From an uncultured Bacteroidales bacterium (GTDB lineage Bacteria > Bacteroidota > Bacteroidia > Bacteroidales > VadinHA17), in the NCBI GenBank assembly GCA_963730615.1, contig CAVSSR010000006.1:488389-552388 (forward strand): a stretch of DNA of 64,000 nt. Direction: 5' to 3'. Of the stretch, positions 20,055-31,588 are shown one piece after another. The notes beneath the pieces were generated by a model that worked only from the letters and a program-made list of their open reading frames with translations, searched no databases and had not been told where the DNA came from. Position numbers and translations under genes: made by a program. Within the stretch, counting starts at the first letter, position 1; every line of letters starts with the position of its first letter.

Positions 20055-21095
20055 CAGAATTTCCTCCCTAGTCCGGTCCTGCCGATAATTATCCAGAGCA
20101 CCACAGGTATTCCAATAAGTGAGGTGACAGTGTTGACAGGTATTATCTGTCCTCCTCCGGGCAAAGTCGAGATCATGTCACTTATGAGAAGGATCACGGC
20201 TCCGGATAATGCTACACCGGGCATAAGCGTCCGGTGATCAGTGGTTCCGAAGATAATCCGGGCCACATGAGGTACGGCCACGCCGATGAATGCCAGCGGG
20301 CCGCAGAATGCAGTCACGCTTCCAGCAAGTATGCTGGCTGCCGCAAGCAGAATTATCCTCGTCATTTTCATGTTAACGCCTACAGTTCGGGAGAAGGTCT
20401 CGCCCATCAGCATGGCGTTCAGGGGCTTGATCATCATAACGGCCAGCACCATTCCAGCCAGGGTTGCTACAGTGAGCGTTCTGATCTGGGTATATGACAT
20501 GTTTCCCAGGTTACCCATTGTCCATATCACATAGGTCTTGAGCATAGTCTCGTTGCTGAAATACTGCAGCAGGCTCACCACTGCTGAAATGGCGCTGGCC
20601 AGTAACAGACCAACAATAAGAACGGTCATTATGTCGCGCATCCGTGCCGAGACGGCCATGATGACCATCATCACCGCTCCGGCGCCGGCCCATGCAGCCA
20701 GAATGAGGCTCCAGTCCTGCAACGGGCTGCCCGGGGCAAAGCTGAAGAGAGGGGTGATTGTGAGTACCGTGAGGGCAACGCCAAGGCCGGCGCCGGAGCT
20801 GACACCAAGAACATCAGGACCGGCAAGGGGATTGCGGAAGAGGGTCTGCATCAGCAGTCCGCTGACTGACATGGCAGCGCCGGCGATGACCGCAGTCAGT
20901 GCCTTGGGAAGACGGAACTGCATGACAATAATCTCACCGTGGGGGGTTCCATGACCGAAAAGCGACCTTAAAACATCGCCGGCTGCAAGATGCGTACTGC
21001 CAAGCAACAGGTCTGCCACGAAGAGAAGGATCATGAAGATGAACAACCCTGCCATGATCAGCACGAAGCGACAACGGGGAGGTTTTTTTGCTCAT
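20054..21095 (-). pseudogene. FecCD/BtuC-family ABC permease, frameshift in the T7 run at 21083-21089
   Basis: ORF 20054..21064 contains the FecCD-type TM core. The true start ATG at 21095 (MSKK...) overlaps the btuF-like stop as ATGA, and the reading frame is lost in the homopolymer. Confidence 0.85.
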
Positions 21096-22235
21096 TCCAG
21101 CCTCCTGAAATAGAGTTGTTTGTAATCGGGCAGCAATTCCGGATGAAGTATTGACACCAGATCCCTGAGAAGGAGGTCGGGATGAACCACGGCACCTTCC
21201 CAATAGTCATTCCCTCCTGAGGCGGTCATCCTGTTCCTGTTGTTCCATATGCATCCGGATGTGAAGACAGGCAGTTTGGTCATCCGGTGGTCTGCAACGG
21301 CAATATCATTCAGACTCTCTGCCGTACCCGGATTGAGCCATATATCTGCTTCGGTGGCACGCCTGAAGACTGCCTCCACGGCGTAAGGCACTGAATTAGG
21401 TTCGGCAAGATCATCAAAGAGATACTTGCCGCCGGCATCCGATATGAGCCTGCCCATGTATGAATTGGCAGGTGAGATGTACCAGACATCCTGCCAGGGG
21501 GCTCCGAGCAATACATCAGGCTGGTTCTTTACTGTGGTCCTGACCTCGTCAGCGAGACTGAAATAGGCTGCGGTAGACCTGCCGGAAGAGGCTGTCAGCT
21601 TTTGCTTCCCTGCCTGTCAGCAGCCCGAAGACCTTTATCCATTCGCATCTCGCCAGAGGGTGTTCTTCAAGGTAATCAGCGTTATACATGACCTTCACCC
21701 CCATCTCCGTCAGCTTGCGCAGGTACTCAGCTGAAGAAGCTTCCACACCGTAAGCCATGAGCAGATCAGGATTGAGTGATACTATCAGTTCCTTGTCGAG
21801 ATTGCTCTCATAACCCACATCGCGTATACCTCCGCTGGCAACAGCATCCAGAATGAGGGAATCATATACCAGTCCTGTTCCGGAAATGCCGACGATGATT
21901 TCTGCATCACCCAGAGCGCTCAGCATTGCTGTATGTGTTGTCGACATGCAAACTATTCTCCTCACCGGGACTCTTACAACCTGTGATTCAGAAATTGTAT
22001 CCGGCAACTTCACATCGTGAGGTACCAGATAGTATACCAGTTCATTACCGCTGGAGTTCTGCCACGGGTCAATAACTGTGAGCCTTTTAAATCTCTGAAA
22101 ATCGTCAATACGGAAGCGTGATGCGGTGTAGGGCGAAACAGCCGTTTCATCCGGCCTGTCGCCTGACTGGCGATTACCGTTACCGCATGAACAGAGAAAT
22201 AAAACCGATGTAAGCAGAATTACACAAAGTCTCAT
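21092..22235 (-). pseudogene. periplasmic/lipoprotein substrate-binding protein of the BtuF/FhuD class, one frameshift
   Basis: Fragments 21549..22238 (MRLCVILLTSVLFLCSCGNG lipoprotein-like signal; RIVCMSTTHTAMLSALG) and 21092..21511. ATG 22235 overlaps the protease stop. Confidence 0.8.
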
Positions 22236-24409
22236 CACCTGGTATCCATTTTTATCAGTGTCCCTGTGTATGTAAGAGAATCATTGACAAGACTGTAATG
22301 ATATATCCCCGGAGCAAGGCCCGGAAGTTCCAGGGTCAGAACACCCGGAAAGATCTTTTTGTAAAGTGCCGCAAACACTACCCGCCCGGAGTGATCATAC
22401 ATGGTCAAAGACGATGATGTCACGCTTATATCTGAAATGCTGAATGATATGCTGTGGGTGAATGGGTTGGGAAACACATTCAGTCGTGTCTGACCCGTCC
22501 CGGGATCATCAATTCCGTTCAGTATGGAATTCTCGACCATGATGACGCTTATTCCCAGGGATACCGAAGCAGGAAAGGATGGGTGCTGAGTGAAGGGTTT
22601 CCAGCTGTTTCCGTCATGGAACCATGCTGTGTTCTGGGCCGGGAGAGCGTACGGGGCTGAGTGTTCTACAGCAAATTGAGGTTGGGGCTGGGAAAGATTG
22701 TTCTTGTAGTAAATAACATAACCAACATAGTATGAGCCTGAAACAGCAACCGTTCTCCCGAAGTCAACCTCCAGGTCAAAATCATTCTTAACCTCCCTCA
22801 GTTTTATCATCCGTGAGGCGATGACGGCCCCGGGCTGTGCACCTCCGTTCCAGACAAAAACCCTGATTGAATCAGTCTCCGAAAGATATGACGCAACTGC
22901 CACCCGCAGATGCACCCAGGCTATTTCACCGGTCCCGGCAAAACTGAAATACTCGGCATACCTGACCAGGCTGTCTGAGTTATGCCCTGTCGAATAACCA
23001 AATCCCGGAGAAGCATACCCATCGGTCCTGCCTGCATCGCCTGCAGGGATATTCTGCAAGGTATCGGACCTCGAAAGGTTGTATCCATATGGATCCCGTC
23101 CGTTGGCGACTGTCGAACCGGATGATGCCGGGTCAAGCCAGGGTCTGAGGTGCGTTCCCGGGATAGCCGTGATACTGAACATCATGCTTAGTTTGGCAAA
23201 ATAGTCGTTTGCGGGACTTGCACATGTTGCAGCTCCTCCGGTGAGTGTGCCACGCAATCTGCCGTTCTGGTCAAACAGCGGCCCTCCGGATGATCCATGC
23301 TCGGTTGTGCCGGTATCCCATCTGAGTATCCGCCAGAACCCGTTATCCACAAAACCTGTTACCGGGTACGTGGCAGTAACAGGCTGGTTATTGTCAATGG
23401 ATATTTTCATTACATCACCTTCCGGGTGATGCAGCGTAAATGTATTGGATGGAACAACGGTTGTCACGTCCCATCCTGAAAGATAAGGTTTGAAAACAAG
23501 AGAAGGAAACTGATTGAGCTCCACCAGGGTAAAGTCAATATCAGGATTGGTGGCTCTCAGGAGGGAACCGCTCAGTGAGTGCATATTGGTAAGATCCTGT
23601 CCATCACACCACGGGCTCTGGTAATTAAAGACAAAGATTGTATTGGAAGCTTCTGATGTATTGCCTATGCAATGCTGTGCGGTAAGAACATAGGCTTTAT
23701 AATCACTGCCTGTGTTATTCACGAGCACTCCGGTACACAGTTCAGCGCCTGCTACAAGAAGGCGCACAACTGACCGTGATGCTCTCAGGTAGTTGGAATT
23801 GGTAGAGCATTTTATATCAACTTCGCAATCGCCTGAGCGGCCAAAATATGTATCCTTCGTGTCTGCAAGTCCGAAGAAACCGGCAAAATCATGAGCAACC
23901 TGCTTTACTCCTATTGCTCCGGATGGAATTACCTTCCCGGGGAAATGACACTCAAGTATCATCCTTTCACCGGGTACTGGCAGCAACGGCATGGTGCCCG
24001 TTTCACCGCCACTGTCGTTTGTATAAGCCCCCCTGAGCACCTGGTGATCATAATCATAGACATAGACGTAAGCCCCTTCCGGCAGATTGAACGGCGAAAG
24101 GATCATGTTCAGCGAAAGCGCTCCCTTTGAGGAGACAGGCATGACCCAGACGGTTTCGCTTCCTTGTCTGACCGTAAAACCGTCTTTTTCCGGAGTAAGG
24201 TTGACCTGCACAGGTATGGCGAACTGAAGTGGCTGGTCCTTGGGCTGGTCAAGCGAACGCATGATCTCAACCTGTGCCGGATCAATATTTAACTCATGCC
24301 ACGAAACAATTCCGGGGAAGAGCGGTTCCCCTGCCTCATACTCTGTCTGACCGTACAAGGAGGCGGATACAAGCAAAATCAGGGTCGATATAATTAATCT
24401 GCCTTTCAA
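22235..24409 (-). CDS. secreted trypsin-like (S1, lysyl-endopeptidase-like) serine protease with T9SS C-terminal sorting domain
   Basis: Intact 724-aa ORF with signal peptide MKGRLIISTLILLVSASLYGQ. The catalytic triad context is LTAQHC / DFTLVEL / GSSGGPLF. The C-terminal roughly 80 aa (LNVFPNPFTHSISFSI...GIYHYSL...) match the Por secretion tail pattern. Confidence 0.8.
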   Translation of the reverse strand: MKGRLIISTLILLVSASLYGQTEYEAGEPLFPGIVSWHELNIDPAQVEIMRSLDQPKDQPLQFAIPVQVNLTPEKDGFTVRQGSETVWVMPVSSKGALSLNMILSPFNLPEGAYVYVYDYDHQVLRGAYTNDSGGETGTMPLLPVPGERMILECHFPGKVIPSGAIGVKQVAHDFAGFFGLADTKDTYFGRSGDCEVDIKCSTNSNYLRASRSVVRLLVAGAELCTGVLVNNTGSDYKAYVLTAQHCIGNTSEASNTIFVFNYQSPWCDGQDLTNMHSLSGSLLRATNPDIDFTLVELNQFPSLVFKPYLSGWDVTTVVPSNTFTLHHPEGDVMKISIDNNQPVTATYPVTGFVDNGFWRILRWDTGTTEHGSSGGPLFDQNGRLRGTLTGGAATCASPANDYFAKLSMMFSITAIPGTHLRPWLDPASSGSTVANGRDPYGYNLSRSDTLQNIPAGDAGRTDGYASPGFGYSTGHNSDSLVRYAEYFSFAGTGEIAWVHLRVAVASYLSETDSIRVFVWNGGAQPGAVIASRMIKLREVKNDFDLEVDFGRTVAVSGSYYVGYVIYYKNNLSQPQPQFAVEHSAPYALPAQNTAWFHDGNSWKPFTQHPSFPASVSLGISVIMVENSILNGIDDPGTGQTRLNVFPNPFTHSISFSISDISVTSSSLTMYDHSGRVVFAALYKKIFPGVLTLELPGLAPGIYHYSLVNDSLTYTGTLIKMDTR

Positions 24410-24494
24410 TCTTTTATAGTTGGCGTGCTAAAATTAGTCAAAATGTGCTTCAGATCAGATAACGCATAAAATGGAGTAAAGTCTGAAAAGGTTC

Positions 24495-26479
24495 TTCACC
24501 AGTCACCCTTCCTGCCTGAGAATGTTAATTTCATTTTCAGGGTGTACGTTCTCAGGGGCATCGGGTAATACTGAACACTTTCAGCGGATGTATTGAAAAT
24601 ATTATTCACTTTCAGATCAACAGTTATCAGTGATTTGTTGATTTTCAGCACTGCACCCAGGTTTCCGTCGGCAAGAAAAGACTCAGGCAGCCATTCACTG
24701 TTATCTGAGGTTGTATATCTCCTGCTTTCGTATGCAGCTGTGATACCGGCTCTGACAAATTTCCAGCCGCCATTAATATTAATATTCAGAACTGTGAAGG
24801 GGGATGTAGATCAGTTGTTTTCCCTTCGACGGGTCATCCGGCAGATCAGAGAGAGGCAACAACTGACCGGGTAAAGGCATAGTTTATATAAGCATTTATA
24901 TTCCCTTGTTCACAGGGAGTTCAGCACCCGCCCTTCCCTCTATTCCTGTGACATTCACACTGCTGACATTCTCCGCAGACCAGAGCCCTGTTTCTCCCGG
25001 CACCCACTGTATCAGATCATTTACCCTGGAAGCGTGCACTGTGATGTCGATACTGTTACGCAAGCCTGACCGTGCAACAGTCAGGAAAGAGTACCCGGCC
25101 TCACCTCCTGTTGCTCTCTCAGGCATTAGCTCAGGGTTTCCCCCCGGAACCCAGTACAGATCATTCAGACAGGCCAGTTTAGAGTTCCGGCTCATGCTGG
25201 CTTTTATTACATGCCTGCCGTTTTCTGAAAGCAGGTAGGTGGCCCCGGCAGTAAATTCCGGAATGGTGGTTGTTCCTGTAACGAATGTCTGTCTTGCCTG
25301 TATGATGAGTTTCAGCCTCCTGACAGGATTGTACCTGCCAGCCAGTGATGATGAGAATACATTTCGCAGATAGCTTGTTTCATAATTCAGTGCGCGTGCT
25401 CTCTGGTACTCGTCGCCGGCAATGAAAATGATTTCCGCCTTATCATTGATCCGGTACCCGAGTTGAGCCTTCAGCATGTAAATTTCAGACCTGTTGTCGC
25501 CGGTCATGTTAAAAGCCTCATTATTATAAAGATTGATGTCGTAGGATCCGCCTGCAGTAATGTCTGTTGTCACTCTTCCGTGTGAGGCAGAATATTTTAT
25601 TACGCCCCTGACCGATTTGTCCCTCTGTGTCTCTCCGTAATTCTGCTGTTCGGTTGTCACCGGCCCCGGCAGTTCACGATCAGTGTCATTATACCAGAAA
25701 TGTGCCGTCAGCGCTGAGCGGGTGAAACGAAATGCAAGGTCGGTCATGATGCCGCCGGAGGCTGAGGCGGAGTTGGTTCTTTTTTCCGTTTCAGATCCGT
25801 CAGATGAACCTGGGAATACAAAAAGAAAATCATTTTCAGCTTTACTGCCCCAGAGGCACAGGTTTGCGGAGACTTTTTCATTGCCTGACCGTAAGATCAG
25901 CGATGAGGCATATTCACCGTAACTGCCGGCACTCAGGGTAAGTGATCCTTCAGTGCCACCCCGGAAAGACGGTTCTGATAACAGGTCTATCTTTCCTCCT
26001 ATTGATCCGGTGATATCCTGAAGGTCTGATCCGCCTTCTGTTACAAGCACCGATGAAGCTGCAAAGACAGGAATAATGGCAAGGTCAATCTGCCCCGGGC
26101 CGGGTGCGGTAACAGAGAGGCCGTTCCATGTGACCATCGTATGATTGCCTGACAAACCGCGCATCGAGACTGAAGCGAGGCCGTTAATGCCGTAACGCTT
26201 TACCGGGATGGAACTTACTGACTTAAGCAGGGTGGCAAGATCATCTTCCTGGTAATGCATAAGAGTTACAGAGTCTATCTTTGTGACACTGTAGGCAGAG
26301 TGTCTCACCGGAGCAGGAGCAGTAACAGTTACAGCAGAAATATTCACCGTATCGTCAATAAACATATCCTGAGCCGCGGCGGGTGACAGCAGAATAAACT
26401 GCAATGCGAATACCGCTGCCGGGATAACAGACCGGCGCAATACGGACGGGATGATATAGGTAAATGACCTCTTAACCAT
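24495..26479 (-). pseudogene. btuB: TonB-dependent outer-membrane receptor (BtuB-like), frameshifted in the C-terminal barrel
   Basis: ORF 24896..26479 contains the signal, plug and most of the barrel. The remaining barrel continues in other frames down to a terminal ...TYTLKMKLTFSGRKGDW stop at 24495, giving an aromatic C-terminus. A cobalamin riboswitch lies directly upstream. Confidence 0.8.
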
Positions 26480-26514
26480 ACTTTTCTTCCCGAAAGCTCC
26501 TTCAACAGGATACG

Positions 26515-26700
26515 TTCTGGCAGGTCTTCTGACTCATCCCTTACAACCGGGCCTTCCCGTCATAAAATATGACAGTGGCGGGATTTCCGGCTGTAATGAT
26601 CCGCCAACAGGGCGGAACAGGCTTCACAGCAGCGGGAACTGTCCCTGATTTTCACAGGGTTCCCTTTTCACTGCCGGTAATAAACCGGCAGCACCAGAAT
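26515..26700 (-). promoter_or_regulatory. cobalamin (AdoCbl/B12) riboswitch
   Basis: Minus-strand read GGTGCTGCCGG...CCGGCAGTGAAAAGGGAACCCTGTGAAAATCAGGGACAGTTCCCGCTGCTGTGAAGC...CCCGCCACTGTCAT...GGGAAGGCC...AGTCAGAAGACCTGCC. The last element is the B12 box, at plus-strand 26518-26535. The element lies directly 5' of the TonB receptor start. Confidence 0.85.
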
Positions 26701-26768
26701 GAAACAAATGTAATAATAATCGGATATACGCGTCAACGATAATTATCAACAGAAACGGCAGGGAATGT

Positions 26769-28962
26769 TCATTTCATAATGAACCTGAGCTCCCCTCCTG
26801 CCATTATCTCACTATAGGTGATATAGTTACGGTCAAGCTTCTGTCCGTTAAGAAAGACCTCCCGGACATTGACATGGTCAGCAGAGTTATTTTCAGCAAT
26901 TATGGTAAATGTTTTTCCCATGCCTGTCCTGATCTCTGCTCTGTCAAGGGACGGACTGCCGAGGATGAATTTACCGTCAGCAGGGTTGACGGGATAGAAG
27001 CCCATAGCTGAGAAGACGTACCATGCCGACATCTGGCCGCAGTCCTCATTTCCGCACAGCCCATCCTTTTCAGAGGTGTACATCTCCCTCATGATCCTTC
27101 TTACCATGGTCTCTGTCTTTGAAGGAGCACCGGCCATCGAAAAAAGATATGAAATATGATGTGAAGGCTCGTTGCCATGTGCATACTGCCCAATAAGCCC
27201 GCTTATGTCCGCGGAAGCGTTTTCGCCTTTCACGGCTTCTGTTACGCTGAAGAGTGAATCCAACCTTTTGATAAACAGGTCCCTGCCGCCAAACAGGGAT
27301 ATCAGTCCTTCAACGTCATGAGGTACAAGCCAGGTATACTGCCATGCGTTTCCTTCCGTGAAATCTGAATTGGTGTGGTGCGAATAAAGCGGATCGAAAT
27401 CCGGACGCCAGCTGCCATCGCTCATTCTTCCGCGAACAAAGGAAACCGAGGTATCAAAAACGTTACGGTAGTTCCCGGATCTGGCAAGGAATGAAGCAGC
27501 TATGTCATTCTCACCCAGGTCCCCTGCCATCTGCGATATGCACCAGTCGTCAATGGCATATTCAAGCGTCTTTGCCACTGACTCATTCTCAAGTTCAGAG
27601 GGAATATAGCCGTATTTACGGTAATGATCGAGGCCCCTGAAGTCAAGGCCGGCTGATTGTACTGATGCACTCAGGGCTTTGTTATAATCAAAACCCGTGA
27701 ATCTTCTTATGTACGGCATCAGCTATTACCGGCACAGCATGATATCCTATCATGCAATTGGTCTCATTGCCTGCAAGCGACCACACAGGCAGCTTGCCCT
27801 GCTGATCGCTGACAGTGAGCATGGTGTTTATGAAGTCAGGCACCAGTTCCGGTACTGTGATTGTGAAAAGCGGATGAGCGGCACGGTAGGTATCCCACAG
27901 CGAGAAGACAGTGTAATTTGTAAAGTCAGAGGCTGTGTGTATTTCCTTATCAGTGCCGCGGTACCTGTTGTCTGTGTCAGAGTACAGATTCGGTGCAATC
28001 ATTGTATGGTAAAGGGCTGTGTAAAAAATCCTTAGCGTGGTTGAATCAGCAGAGCCGGCCCGGATGATGCTGAGTTTTTCCTGCCATGATTGTGATGCTG
28101 CCACAGCAACTGAGTCGAAATCCCATCCCGGCATCTCCTTCGCAAGATTATTTGCCGCACCGGATGCATCAACGGCAGAAATGCCTGTTTTAACTATCAG
28201 CTCATCACCTTTCCTGAGATCAAATCCCAGGACACAGGCAATGTTTGTACCCTCAACTGACCTGCCTTTCGTTTGCTTTCCTGATTTTATCAAAGTGACA
28301 CTGGTTGGTTTGGTTGAGAAAAGCGATGAAAAGTACAAGTATTGTTTTTCAGCCCATCCTGATGAGATGCGGCTGCCGGAAAGGGAGTTACCGTCCCATT
28401 CAAGGCTGCAGTCAACAGGTCTGTCCCAGTTAATTGCAAAGCCGAGGTCAACAAGTACACCCATCATGCCATCAGCTGCCGCAGTATATCTCTGTATACC
28501 GCATCGGGGTGTGGCAGTCAGCTCCACATCAACTCCGTTCGCGAGAGCCACTGCGTAGTAACCTGGTCGTGCCAGCTCTGCCTCATGTGAAAACCAGCTT
28601 CGGTTCATCTTTGCCAGTGAAGCGGTGCTGTCAGGCAAAGCAAGGCTGAATTCATTCATTGACGGGAGGAAAAGTATATCGCAAAGATCACCAATGCCTG
28701 TCCCGCTAAGATGAGTATGACTAAAGCCTGCAATTACAGAATCAGAATAGTTATAGCCTGAACACCAGTCCCATCCTGAAGTTCCGTTATCGGGACTGAT
28801 CTGCACCATCCCGAAGGGTGTAGTTGCTCCCGGAAACACATGACCGTGCGCAGCCGTGCCTATAAACGGATCAACGTAGCACGTCACATCCTTGTCGGCA
28901 GGTGCACTGCAAGAGATGACAATGGCTGCAATTACTGCAGCTGCAGGTTGAATAATCCTCAT
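26769..28962 (-). pseudogene. GH92 alpha-mannosidase, one frameshift near 27690-27720
   Basis: Fragments 27688..28962 (VDPFIGTAAHGHVFPGATTPFGMVQISPDN) and 26769..27719 (GNEPSHHISYLF...CGNEDCGQMSAWYVFSAMGFYPV). Confidence 0.9.
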
Positions 28963-28971
28963 GACAAATTG

Positions 28972-31588
28972 CTATCTGATGTTTTTAAGAATTTGTTCCC
29001 CGGTACCTATTCTGTATCCCTCCGAAAAGAAAAGGATGTTTCCGACGCTGTCACAGCAGACAACAACGGGCAGAGGATGATCTGCCGCACTGCCACCAAA
29101 CGATGACAGCAACAAGGTCAGATTCTTGTCACGGGCAAAAATGTTTTTCACCGGCATTCCATTTATCTCTTCCGGTTTAAACGATGCTGAGGCAGTGCCG
29201 GGATTAAAAAAGAATATGAAGTTCCCGCCCCAGTCGTCGAATTCTTTCTTCAGCTTTGGCAGATCATTAAGCAGATGGCGGGTAGGTTCCTTGCCTGGCT
29301 CAATCCATATCAGCACAATACCCTTTTCTGCAAGGGGTTTTAGATCAAATCCTTCTCCCGTGACAGAGGTTATGATTCTTTCAATGTCAATCTTGCCAGC
29401 TGAAAGGGTTTCATCTTCCTTGTGACGAAGTTTAACCTCCACCATGGCATCTTCCCCGGCGAGAGGTCAAAGAAGGAAACTGAGGCGAGCACGTTGCCGT
29501 TTTCGTCCCTGTTGCCGGTGGTAAGCATATATTTGCCCGGCGCAAGCGGAAGCCTTTCCGGGAGGTCATTGATTTTTACCTCATATCCGTAATCAAGGGT
29601 TTTGTACTTGCCATCATCAAGCACAGCCAGTGTGAAGTGAATATGATACTGAGGAACAGGGGATTTCTCGTCCGGAAAAAAATGTTACATAGCCTTTCTC
29701 ACCTGCCTCCGTGATATCACCGGAAAACAGGACATCATGCCATTCACCTGACTTATAGTACTGGGGGCTTCCCGTTCCAGGGGCCAGGCGTGATGCATGC
29801 CCCATAGTCCGGCAGAGAGCCACAAAAAATATGTCACGTGAATGACTGTCGGCTGTCCGGAGCTTCAATACACCTGCGGGGACCACCGGTGTACCGTAGT
29901 AATTATCCGTTTCAGTGACAGTAATGGCGGTATCAATCCAGGCGGCGATTGCTTCAGGCCGGGCGACAAAGCTTCCGTAAAGCTCTTCCGGCACCATTTT
30001 CAAAGCGCTCCTGAAGGGAGTAAGCAGTTCATTGTCAACCCTTGGTGACAGAATCCACATATCATAAAACTGTTCATCCATCGTTGCAGGTTTCTCAGGT
30101 GCATGGGCCAGATGGTCATCGAGAACGTCTTTCGGAGTGTCACGGAGGTCTTTCTCCGATACATTTTCGAGCAGTCTGATTGCCAGGTCAGCCTTATCGC
30201 CTGCACCTGACAGGAATGACACAATAGCCTGGTAATTACCCATTGATGTGCCCAGTGCTTTCGTGATCCGCTCCTCTGCTATCCCGGTTGATGAAGCAAT
30301 CTCGCCGACAGAAACATTTTGCATCCAGGAATTGATGTACGACTGTCTGATACTGTCCTCCCTCTTTAGCAAAATGTCATTCCTGGCAGCAAGGTTCCCG
30401 TCAATGCCCGGGAAAGGTGGTAATAAAGGCGGTGCGACCAGGTCAGCGTTCAGGGTACCGGCAGGCGGGACGGCTGTAATGGTAACCAGAACGGCAGTGT
30501 CCGTCGGAGAGGCAAAGGTAAAACCGTATCGCGAGCCGTCATCGGCCCATATCAGCAGTGAACCCAATCCTGTCGTAAAATGGCTGGCACCCCTGTCATC
30601 GGAAACTAGTGTGGAGAGCGGATAAAATTCGGCATAATTGTATAATAAATATCTGACAGTTAGCTTTCGGAACCGGAGTCCCTGTTGCATCGATGACATT
30701 CACCTCAAGGTCTTTGGTGATTGCATATCTGTCAAGGGTATTTATTTCGGCAAAGAGTTTTTCTCTCCTTACCAGAGGCTCTTCGCCTGTGTACCTGCCG
30801 AAAGCTCTTGTATGTACCAGCATAGCCCGTCTTGCGGGCTCGGTGAACCACCCCCTGTCGGTCACCGGTTCCGGTTCGCAGGCACCCATATAGTGCCATT
30901 GACCATTTATCCATACCTCCACCCATGCATGGTTGTCATCGCTGTGTGCCCAGCGGGGTGTATAGACCTGTCTTGCGGGCAGGCCTGCTGTGCGTAGTGC
31001 TGCGACAGTGAAAGTTGATTCCTCGCCGCAGCGCCCCCTTGCTGAGAGTATGGTGGCCATGGGCGATGAAGTGCGGCTGTCAGACGGCTGATAGGCGACT
31101 TTTTCGTGACACCAGTGGTTGATCTCAAGCGCAGCCTCCTCAGCATCAAGCCCGTCAATACGATTTTTTATCTCGTCATAATAAACTGATCTGAAGCTGT
31201 CAGGGTTCTCATTGTTCACCCTGGGGGGCAGGACAAAGTGCAGGAAAAGATCCGGGGGCAATGATGGTCCCCATGGCATTTCATCTCTTGCTTTCAGCGC
31301 AGCATCTACGTTAGCCAGCAGGAAGGCGGGCTCATAGGAGGCAATATCACTCAGTGGCATGTATGCAAGGAGGAACTGAACGGCTTCCCGGCGCGAATCA
31401 CTGTTTAATGTATCTGCAAGGGCAAAGAGGTCAGGCCTGGCCGGCGAATATACTTCCGCACGGGCCATGTAATCATTCCTGATTTCGTTTCTTGTTGATT
31501 TGTCAACAATAAGATGGCTGTTGCTGCATGAGAGCAACACTGCCATCAACGTAACCGCCGGCAGCCTGAATATCCGTGTCATTAACAA
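28972..31588 (-). pseudogene. large lipoprotein with transglutaminase-like Cys protease core and C-terminal thioredoxin-fold-like domain, at least three frameshifts
   Basis: Contiguous overlapping fragments 30596..31588 (signal LLSCSNS; core RGRCGEESTFTVAALRTAGLPAR...WAHSDDNHAWVEVW), 29617..30699, 29370..29624 and 28972..29445. The junction sequences read through when frames are joined. Confidence 0.65.
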
